Of a stretch of 64,000 bases of DNA, positions 18,679-26,307 are shown in pieces. Made by a program: the position numbers and the translations under genes. Each line of letters starts with the position of its first letter. Positions within the stretch are counted from its first letter, which is position 1. A model generated the notes under the pieces. The model saw nothing but the letters and a program-made list of their open reading frames with translations. It was not told the origin of the DNA and did not search any database. The DNA comes from Acidobacteriota bacterium. GTDB taxonomy: Bacteria > Acidobacteriota > UBA6911 > RPQK01 > JAJDTT01. The stretch spans positions 64,001 through 128,000 of the forward strand of contig OZ242374.1 of assembly GCA_965209055.1 (NCBI GenBank), read 5' to 3'.

Positions 18679-19449
18679 TTGTCCCTCGCCGTTCTGCTGC
18701 TTCTGCCCCTGCTGCTTCTGGCCGGGCATTCACAGATCCCGGTCATTACTACGGACACTCCGCTCAAGACTCTGATCGTCCCTATCTACGCTCAGCACTT
18801 TTGGTACGAGACGACGATCTCAGTCATAGAGGCTTCTGGTCTGCCCACGACTTTCTGGGTCCGTGAATATACTGAGGCCGGAGACTTTGTCCACGGGGAA
18901 GGAGAGGAGCGTTTCTTGGCCGAGGACGCTTCTGAGGGCATAAGTTTCCATCCGCTTTTCTTGCACACGACGATTAAGAACGGATGGGCGTTGCTGTTGC
19001 ACCCGTCGAATCGCAAGCTCCATGCCGTCAGTACAGTGTGGAAGTACAATGATGACACGATTGAGTCCAGAGTATCCTCCGCGGCGGTAGAGCCTGCGGC
19101 CGCATTCCGATTCGGTGGATTTCGAGTAGAGGATCGGGAGACGGCGGTCTCGATCATCAACCCAACTGGTCACGACCAAAGGGTGACGATCCAGATGTAC
19201 GCCATGCGCGGGAAGCCTTTGCGGAGGCCGATCGAAGCGAGCTGGAAGATTGGTCCGATGGACCGGCTTAGTCGGTTTATCTCGGAATTGCTTCCCTTGG
19301 AGGAGTCCGTCGGCAACCCGCGCGATGTTGGTGGGATAATCCGAGTTGCCGGGGAATCGAGGATTGCGGTGGGTGCTCTGGGGTTCTCACACGGGACGGG
19401 GAAGATTTGGCATGTCCCTGTCGTTGCGGAACCCCAGAGCCATAACTAA
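18679..19449 (+). CDS. Small secreted protein, single-module family member 3; original 5' end (ATG 17470) separated by IS5
   Basis: Removing the IS gives ATG AGC AAG ACT AAG TTG TCC CTC (MSKTKLSLAVLLLL) in frame; GWA, ETAVSIINP, RLSRFISEL and IAVGAL...VPV motifs. Confidence 0.85.
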   Translation: MSLAVLLLLPLLLLAGHSQIPVITTDTPLKTLIVPIYAQHFWYETTISVIEASGLPTTFWVREYTEAGDFVHGEGEERFLAEDASEGISFHPLFLHTTIKNGWALLLHPSNRKLHAVSTVWKYNDDTIESRVSSAAVEPAAAFRFGGFRVEDRETAVSIINPTGHDQRVTIQMYAMRGKPLRRPIEASWKIGPMDRLSRFISELLPLEESVGNPRDVGGIIRVAGESRIAVGALGFSHGTGKIWHVPVVAEPQSHN

Positions 19450-19991
19450 GCCTCCTTCCTTAGTAAATCCAGTAATTCGTCGCTATCAACGTCGCGTCAA
19501 CCCGGCCTTCGTGGGCAGGGCCGTAACCGATCTCCAGGCTGGACCCGCAACTGTCTCTGGAAGGGGCCAAGACCCTTCCGTTGAATCACTCGGTAGCCAA
19601 GATCCGACTATTCTGACGCCTGTGTCCCTCCTCGGAAATCGATGAGATGGGTAAGGGCTTCGCCTGATTAGGAATGAGACTTGACTTGGCCAGGGTGTTG
19701 TCGAGTCGAGCCGACTTGGCGAGGGTGCCCGGCCATAAGCCCAGTCCCGGACGAACCGGCGCGGCAGGAAAGCCGATTGTTGGCGGCCGTGAAAAAGTGC
19801 AGTAAAGTGGCCTTCGAAAATGTCAGGCTCCGGTGGCGTGAGCGGGTGGTAATCCGGGACGGGCATGTCCGTTCACGGCCACGAAGAGCCGAGGACATCC
19901 ATTTCTTTCCGGTGGAAAGAATGGGGGGAACAACGTCTCCAAAACATACGTAAGTCGTTTAAGGTAAATGGTTTACAGAAATTATGGAAAT

Positions 19992-20046
19992 AGTCCGCCG
20001 GGATGCAGGGACGGTCGAATGCCGTGACGACTTTTACCACGGGCTG
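19992..20046 (+). repeat. attR core plus the right part of the split palindromic element
   Basis: AGTCCGCCGGG followed by sequence ending GACTTTTACCACGGGCTG, complementary to CAGTCCGTGGTGAAAGTC at 3860-3877. Confidence 0.8.
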
Positions 20047-21306
20047 CTAACCACCCTCCCGCAACGGCAGCCAGCGGGGGTGATCGGCTCCCCGGCCCTG
20101 CAGGCCGCGGGTGAGGCGCCTGGCGTTGGTTCCGTTGGACTCCACGCACCAGATTTCCGGCATCCGCCCCGTCTTGGCCCGGCAGAAAACGATGGTGCGG
20201 CCGTCGGGAGATTCGCTTGCCCTCAGGTCCCAAACGGGGGGGCGGCTCCCGGTCAAGTACCGGATTTCGCCGCCGCCGGGGTCGATCCGGCAGATTTCCG
20301 TGCCGCCCCGGGCCGATTCCGGCTTGTAGTCGCGGTTGAAGTGGTCCGTGTCCGGACATTGCGGCTGGTATTCCCAGGGAACCTTGCTGCCCGGGAGCTT
20401 TCGCGAAAAGAGAATGGCGCCGTCTCGAGTCCAAGAGAGCAAATTTGACCCGCCGCCGCGGTTTCCCGGACTGCCGTAGCTGGCGCCGAACCAGTGGGAC
20501 TGTCCCCGGGTCAGGACCCGCTGCTCCGATCCGTCGGGGCGGCTGACGCAGACATCGGACCAGTCGTGGCCCGGATCTTGCCGGAAACGGCAGTCCAGGT
20601 AGGCGAGCCATGCTCCATCGAGCGACCAGGCGGGCCCGAAGTAGAGATGGTCCGGGTGGGCCGCCACGAGTGTTCGGCGGCGGCCTTGGAAATCGCTGGT
20701 CCAGACCTGGTAACCCGCCGGGCCAGCCAGGTGAAAGGCGACCCGTTTCCTCTCCCGATTGAGGCTGAAGCCGTAGGGGAGGCCTTCACCCGCGGCCGTG
20801 AACTCGCGGGAATCGCTGCCATCCAGGTTCATGCTGAAGACCTGTCCGACCTGGTTTCGGAAGACCTGGACCAACATGCGTTGGTCGTCCAGCAGCAGTT
20901 GGGGAGTGTAGAAGACCGCCATCCGGTCCCGGGTGGCGATTTCGGTGAGACGTTTGTCCTGGAGGTCATAGGTCCAGATATGGGTGGGGGTCCGGGTGTA
21001 GTACCGGGCGAAGGGGCGGCCCGGACCGTCCCGGCGCGCTTCCATGCTCAGGAGCAGGATTCTCCGGCCGTCGCGGAAGAACCCGGCCGGCTGCCACGTC
21101 ACCTGGTCCGGCTCCTGGAAATCCAGAACTTGCAGATCGCCGCCGGCAGCGTCCATGATGGCCGTCCTGCCCGCCGTCGTGAAGATGAAACGCATAGCCG
21201 AGCCGGGCGAGGCCGCCACCGCGGAGGCGCGACGGGCAGTCGAGGCCAGGGCGGACGCGGAGAGGAGGGAAACCAGGAGATCGCGGCGGGAAAGGCAGTC
21301 TTCCAT
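20047..21306 (-). CDS. Tat-exported TolB-like (PD40) beta-propeller protein
   Basis: SRRDLL twin-arginine signal; PAWSLDG, SPDGRTIVF and ADHPRW repeats. Confidence 0.85.
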   Translation of the reverse strand: MEDCLSRRDLLVSLLSASALASTARRASAVAASPGSAMRFIFTTAGRTAIMDAAGGDLQVLDFQEPDQVTWQPAGFFRDGRRILLLSMEARRDGPGRPFARYYTRTPTHIWTYDLQDKRLTEIATRDRMAVFYTPQLLLDDQRMLVQVFRNQVGQVFSMNLDGSDSREFTAAGEGLPYGFSLNRERKRVAFHLAGPAGYQVWTSDFQGRRRTLVAAHPDHLYFGPAWSLDGAWLAYLDCRFRQDPGHDWSDVCVSRPDGSEQRVLTRGQSHWFGASYGSPGNRGGGSNLLSWTRDGAILFSRKLPGSKVPWEYQPQCPDTDHFNRDYKPESARGGTEICRIDPGGGEIRYLTGSRPPVWDLRASESPDGRTIVFCRAKTGRMPEIWCVESNGTNARRLTRGLQGRGADHPRWLPLREGG

Positions 21307-21384
21307 GGCCCGTTTCTGCTCCGGCCACCAGTGATGGAGAGTCCGCATGGTGACGTCAACCCCCGGGTCTGTAAAGTCGTTGCG

Positions 21385-22416
21385 GTGAAGGAAGGATCGA
21401 GCCGTTCAGCCTCCTTGGCCACCCTTGCGGCGGCATCCCTTCTGCTCGCGGGCTGCGCGGCGGGTCCACGCGATGGGGAGGCTGGTCATGAACCGCCGGC
21501 GGATCTGGACTTCCACCGTCTCCAGGTCGAGCCCCTGGTCCACTCCACCTATCCCACCTATCGGCGCTACCACGACGCCCTGGCCCCCCAGGTGGTGGTC
21601 ATCACGGCACGGGGCCTGGAGCGGATCGGCTGGGAGGATCGGCCTGAGAGGGCCTCCTGGCTCCTCAGGCTGCCGGAGCAGATTTACGTCAATGGACGGA
21701 AGCTCCACTACCAGGTGGGGATGCGATGGGTGAATGCGGGAGAGCGGTGGACCTATTCCGGCGCTCCGGTCAGGGATCTCAACGGGCTCTGGAAGCTGGA
21801 TCCAAAGCACGATTTCTATTACTACCTGCTCGACGAAGCCGCGGCGACGAAAGCTGTCTTGGGCCGCCAGTCGGCCGGCATCCATGCGGACTCCACGGGC
21901 GCACACTATTCCGTGTCAGTCACCAACAACTCCGGTGAACCCTGGAGAGATGTCCATGCATGGATCTGCCTGGACCATTACCACGCGCCGGCCACCGGAT
22001 ACCGGCCCTATCTCAAGGTGGGATCGTCCTGGACCGAATACCAGAGCCTGCCCGGTGTCGGAGCTGCCACGTTTCTTCCGGTGGAGGAAAGAAACGGTGA
22101 ATTTTTCCGGGTCCGGCCCGGGTCGAAGGCGTCCTCCTCCGTGAGCTTCCCGGGGGTCGTCTGCTGGAACATCACGGACAAGGGGCACCTCCTGACCGCG
22201 CATTTTTCGCAAGATGCTCTGGCCGTGCTGGCGAATCAGAATGCCCCCTGCACCGATCTGCTACTCTGGTTCGGCGACCTGCGGCCCGGCCAGCGGGTCA
22301 CCCGCGGCGGAAGCGTCCTCATCGTTCGCGCCAGCCTGGAGGAATTCCGGCGGCGGGAGGGCAGCGTGATGCGACTCTTGGTTCGAAGCGGGAAAGAGAA
22401 CCCGCCGGGTCCGTAG
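21385..22416 (+). CDS. Hypothetical lipoprotein
   Basis: Lipobox LLLAGC after GTG 21385; the upstream part of the ORF-track ORF is only the antisense shadow of the TolB-like gene. Confidence 0.7.
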   Translation: MKEGSSRSASLATLAAASLLLAGCAAGPRDGEAGHEPPADLDFHRLQVEPLVHSTYPTYRRYHDALAPQVVVITARGLERIGWEDRPERASWLLRLPEQIYVNGRKLHYQVGMRWVNAGERWTYSGAPVRDLNGLWKLDPKHDFYYYLLDEAAATKAVLGRQSAGIHADSTGAHYSVSVTNNSGEPWRDVHAWICLDHYHAPATGYRPYLKVGSSWTEYQSLPGVGAATFLPVEERNGEFFRVRPGSKASSSVSFPGVVCWNITDKGHLLTAHFSQDALAVLANQNAPCTDLLLWFGDLRPGQRVTRGGSVLIVRASLEEFRRREGSVMRLLVRSGKENPPGP

Positions 22417-22455
22417 TATCCTCATGCAGCCGGCTCCCGAACTGGAGACAGAAAA

Positions 22456-23451
22456 ATGATTGTTGCAGGCGACACCCGCGGGACGAGCCGCTTCCGAGAG
22501 GCCAGGGACAAGGGCTGTGCGTTTCTATTGGACCAATTGCGAAGCGACGGCGGCTTCGGAGATTCCGAAAAGGGCCTGCTCGAGTACCACAAGGTCCCTG
22601 CGGCCCTGGCGGCGTGCGGCGAAACCTTCGCGGCCAACCGCCTCTGCAGTTGGATTCGGGAGAACGGAACGCTCCCCGACGGAGACTTCGGGCCCCGGCC
22701 CGAGGCAATCCGCGGTTACGGCTACACCTACTTCAACGCGTGGGTGATCAAGGCCGCTCACCGCTTGGGGCATTTCGACCTCTCGCAGCGGGGCATGGAT
22801 TTCCTGATGAGCTTCCGGGACAGCCGGACCGGCGGGTTCCTGTCCAGTCCGGTGGAACACGATCCCCTGGAGCAACAGGACCTCTGGGTGGTCGCGGGAT
22901 GCGGCTGGTCCGCCCTCTACACCGGCAGGATCGAAGTTGCCCGGGGAGTGGGCCGGTGGATGAAGACCCTCATGGAGGTCCAGCCCAACTATCCGGCCCA
23001 GTTTTACGCGGTCTACAGCAGGGAACAGGGGTTGCACGTCGAGCATGACGCCGCCGACGCGTTCCGGTATGTCCTGAACCGGGACGCCGAGCGGGATGAA
23101 CCCTTCTACAACCCGGGAATCGCGGGCGGGTTTCTCGCCCTCCTCTATCAGGCCACCGGCGAGGAAGAGTGGCTGGAACTCGCCAGGGAGTACATGCTTC
23201 TGGCGGAGGGCGCCAGCGAATATCTCTACAGCTTGGTCCGCGCCGGAAAACCGGGATGGGCGGCATCCGTGATGTACACCCTGACTGCCGAGGAGAAGTA
23301 CCGCGAGATGGCGGTTCGCGTGGGCGACGGCCTGATCGCGTCTCAGTCGCCTGAGGGTTGGTGGGGCAACGTCGGCGAGACGGCGGCCAACAGCGACATC
23401 ACCGCCGAAATGGTCTTCTGGCTGGACCATATCTACCAGGCCGTTTCCTGA
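22456..23451 (+). CDS. (alpha/alpha)6-barrel protein (prenyltransferase-repeat / AGE-like), function unknown
   Basis: FLLDQLRSDGGF, FRDSRTGGF, LYQATGEEEWLELA and LIASQSPEGWW repeats; GGAG RBS. Confidence 0.75.
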   Translation: MIVAGDTRGTSRFREARDKGCAFLLDQLRSDGGFGDSEKGLLEYHKVPAALAACGETFAANRLCSWIRENGTLPDGDFGPRPEAIRGYGYTYFNAWVIKAAHRLGHFDLSQRGMDFLMSFRDSRTGGFLSSPVEHDPLEQQDLWVVAGCGWSALYTGRIEVARGVGRWMKTLMEVQPNYPAQFYAVYSREQGLHVEHDAADAFRYVLNRDAERDEPFYNPGIAGGFLALLYQATGEEEWLELAREYMLLAEGASEYLYSLVRAGKPGWAASVMYTLTAEEKYREMAVRVGDGLIASQSPEGWWGNVGETAANSDITAEMVFWLDHIYQAVS

Positions 23452-23577
23452 CGGCATTTGCGAGAGCATTCCCAACGTCCCGTCTACCGTTGCCCCTTGA
23501 CCTGCATCCCTACCTGCAGGCCTGAGGAGGCCCGCCGAGCCGCGTGGGGTCCTCGACGCCGGGTCCTGAACGCCCGT

Positions 23578-24816
23578 TCACGGCAATATCCGGGCATCCG
23601 TCAAGACGCGGCGGAAGTCGCCGTAAGTCATGTTCCTGGCAATGACGTAGCAGGCGTCCTCGGCGGTATTCACCACGCCGTACCAGTCGAAGTCGCGCCG
23701 GATCCCGTTGTAGACCGGCAGCTTCAACTCGCCTCCCTCCGAATCCAGGGCCAACTCGGGGGCGTCAGGTTCCGGCCAGCAGAGCTTTCCGTGGACCTCC
23801 CGAACCTGGAGATCGAGACCCTGGACGGGAATCCGGGCGTAGAGCAGAGGATCCTTGAGCCGGCACCAGGCCCGGGTGTACAGACCCACCAGGCGCCCCC
23901 CGGTTGCTTCCCAGAGATAAAGGCGCAGGTTGGAATCCAGGTCGACCCGCTCCCGGAATCGGGATCCCATCAGGAACGAGGCGCCGCTGACGGAAAGGTC
24001 GTACCGGTTGTCCACGGGGGTCTGAAGCCCCAGATAGGGGGCCAGCATCTCCTTGTAGGTCATGGCGCACTGCTCGAACCCCTCGCCGAAGGCGACTCCC
24101 TGCGTCGTGGCGGGATCGTATCTCAGGTTGCGTTTCCGGAATTCGTTCCGGATGTCCGACGCGGCCAGCCGGCTGAAGTAGAGCACCTCCAATACCGCTG
24201 GATTCCAGGTGGCGGCCACGGCGCCGGCTTCGTCGATGGCCTCCCGGATCTCCGCCGCCAACTCCTCCCGGATCTCCGCCGGCACTCCATCCAGGAACTC
24301 GTCTCGCCCCGGCAAGTCCGGCACCGACAGGAATCGCTCCAGAGGATGGTCCAGCTTCCGCCACTCCGCCGGCGGTTGCTTCAGCTCCCGGTCCACGAGA
24401 ACGGCTCGCCGTCCCAGAGTGCGGCTGGCGTAGTCTTGCAGCTCGAGCATGGGTGTCTTGTCGCCGATGGGGAAAAGGAGCAAGACCTCGTCCGCCTTCA
24501 TCCTGGACATGAGGTCCTTCTGGAGACGGTTGACCTCCAGCTCCTTCCGGTAGGTCGCGTCCCAGACGGGCCGGCTGTAGGGGCTGTGTTCGTCCCAGTC
24601 CCCCGGCGGAGGATCCAGTCCCGCCGTCTGCCAGCAGACCGGGTGGAACATGAAGTAGATCTTCCGCACGTCCAGCGGGCCGGGTCCGGCATCGGCTCCT
24701 GAGGAACTTTCTCCGCAGCCGATCAGGGGAAGAATCAGAAGAAGAATGGAGGCCAGGACGCTCAACGGGACGAGAGTTCGCAGCCGTGGGGAGCGAGCGC
24801 CGAATCGAAAGGTCAT
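23578..24816 (-). CDS. Hypothetical lipoprotein
   Basis: Hydrophobic leader with LIGC lipobox; 412-aa ORF with plausible composition. Confidence 0.7.
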   Translation of the reverse strand: MTFRFGARSPRLRTLVPLSVLASILLLILPLIGCGESSSGADAGPGPLDVRKIYFMFHPVCWQTAGLDPPPGDWDEHSPYSRPVWDATYRKELEVNRLQKDLMSRMKADEVLLLFPIGDKTPMLELQDYASRTLGRRAVLVDRELKQPPAEWRKLDHPLERFLSVPDLPGRDEFLDGVPAEIREELAAEIREAIDEAGAVAATWNPAVLEVLYFSRLAASDIRNEFRKRNLRYDPATTQGVAFGEGFEQCAMTYKEMLAPYLGLQTPVDNRYDLSVSGASFLMGSRFRERVDLDSNLRLYLWEATGGRLVGLYTRAWCRLKDPLLYARIPVQGLDLQVREVHGKLCWPEPDAPELALDSEGGELKLPVYNGIRRDFDWYGVVNTAEDACYVIARNMTYGDFRRVLTDARILP

Positions 24817-24939
24817 TTCTTGTCTTCAGAACCGGTTCTTGGGAGCGAGTCTAGCACGGCCCGGGAAAGGGAATTTCGTATCGGCCTGCCGCGCCGGGGC
24901 CGTTGGCGAATACAGTTCGTTGACGGGAGATCTCTGCGG

Positions 24940-26262
24940 TCACGGCCTGACGACGATCCGGCGCGCCTCGTAGAGCGTCTTCATGTCCCGCAGGAAATGC
25001 TCGCTGTCGTTTTCCCACATCCGGAGTGTTTCGCCCAGCGATTTCCCGGGCAAAACGAAACGATAGGAGAGCACGACGCAGGAGTCGGGTCCGGTGGCGG
25101 CGATCTGAGTGTACCCTTGCGTCAACGGTTCGGCGATCTTGCGGGGTTGAGTCCAGGTATACCCCTTGTCGGGACTGAACATGACGTAGTCTCCCGCCGC
25201 CGCCGAAGGATCTTCAATGCCGACCTGGCTCTTGTAGCGCTTGTGATAGTCGGCGAGGCCCGCGGGGTAGTACCCGCCGTTGGGATCCTCCCAGTAGATG
25301 TACCGCATGGGGCGCCAGCCGAAGCTGCAGGCCAGGATCCCATTCTCCAACAGGGTCATTCTCGGCCGCAGGCCCAGCGTCTCCAGGGAGACCGGCTCGC
25401 TCCAGGTCCGTCCTCCGTCCATGGAACGGCACTGATAAAGGGGCGCGTAGCGGCCGGTTCGCATGATCGCCAGCAGTTCCCCGCCGCCGAAATCCACGAG
25501 GGCCGGCTCGCAGAAACTCTCCTGCCCGGTCTTGCCGTCGTAGGCAATGGTCGAAAGATATTCCCAATTCTTCCCGTCATCGGTGGAGGACAACATGTAG
25601 GTGCGGTACATGGGCGCGACGCCCAGTTTGGTGTCGAATCCGCTGATGGGCACGTCGTCGCCGACGAAGTTGCCGTAGGAGAGCCCCAGCAGCGTTCCGT
25701 CCGGCAGCTCATGGGCGAGCTCGACATGGGGAGCTCGAGACACGGTCTTGTAATCATCGGCGATGACAGGCTTGAACCGGGGCACGGAGATGGCGGCTTC
25801 CTGCCAGGATTCATCGCCAACGTCCTTGAAGTCGCCGAGCCCGTTCAATTTCATGTATCCGGCGAGGAAAACCCCCGGCCGTTCTGACGGCCGGACGCCC
25901 CGCTTGAGCAGATAGAACGAACCGTCCCGGCGCTGTAGCGCCTGGTATCTGGAGATCGCGACCGGCTGTTTCCGCCAAGTGCGGCCGCCGTCGGTGGAAC
26001 GCAGGATCTTGTCCGCGCTCCCAATGAGGATGATGGAACCGTCGAGCAGCTTGAGCAGCGGCGTGTAGCGAGAGTAATAGGGGGGCGCCGCCCCATCTTC
26101 GTGCACGATGGAGGGCTCGGAGACGGTCACCGACGTGACCGCGGCCCTTGAATGGAGCAGCATCGGTTTCTCTTGTGGCGGGGCCGCCGGCACGTGCGCG
26201 CCGGCAAAGGCAATTCCCAGCAGACGACTCAGCAACAGAGTCCCGGTCACTGCAACAGGCAT
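24940..26262 (-). CDS. BNR/Asp-box sialidase-like beta-propeller protein
   Basis: Asp boxes STDGGRTW, STDDGKNW, SMDGGRTW and SPDKGYTW; signal peptide. Confidence 0.85.
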   Translation of the reverse strand: MPVAVTGTLLLSRLLGIAFAGAHVPAAPPQEKPMLLHSRAAVTSVTVSEPSIVHEDGAAPPYYSRYTPLLKLLDGSIILIGSADKILRSTDGGRTWRKQPVAISRYQALQRRDGSFYLLKRGVRPSERPGVFLAGYMKLNGLGDFKDVGDESWQEAAISVPRFKPVIADDYKTVSRAPHVELAHELPDGTLLGLSYGNFVGDDVPISGFDTKLGVAPMYRTYMLSSTDDGKNWEYLSTIAYDGKTGQESFCEPALVDFGGGELLAIMRTGRYAPLYQCRSMDGGRTWSEPVSLETLGLRPRMTLLENGILACSFGWRPMRYIYWEDPNGGYYPAGLADYHKRYKSQVGIEDPSAAAGDYVMFSPDKGYTWTQPRKIAEPLTQGYTQIAATGPDSCVVLSYRFVLPGKSLGETLRMWENDSEHFLRDMKTLYEARRIVVRP

Positions 26263-26307
26263 GGTCTCTTTCCTCGCTGTCCGATTCAGATCAAACGCAC
26301 CGTGAGT

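Larger units (their letters stand above)
3963..20002 (+). mobile_element. Integrative genomic island with a P4-like tyrosine integrase, ~16 kb
   Basis: Direct repeat AGTCCGCCGGG at 3963-3973 and 19992-20002. Integrase lies just inside the left end. Removing the island restores a continuous hairpin. Cargo is visibly lower in GC and carries an IS and pseudogenes. Confidence 0.82.

Noticed and set aside
7250-19449. Integron cassette array
   Set aside because: The integrase is P4-like with no recognisable IntI insertion, and no repeated attC-like sites are visible between the genes.
19683-19727. Direct repeat GACTTGGC(C/G)AGGGTG twice at 30-bp spacing near the island's right end
   Set aside because: Only two copies and no assignable context; could be an accessory site but is unsupported.
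22456-23451. Squalene-hopene cyclase completing the hpn pathway
   Set aside because: Only 331 aa, a single barrel, no DXDD motif, and 25 kb from hpnCDE.
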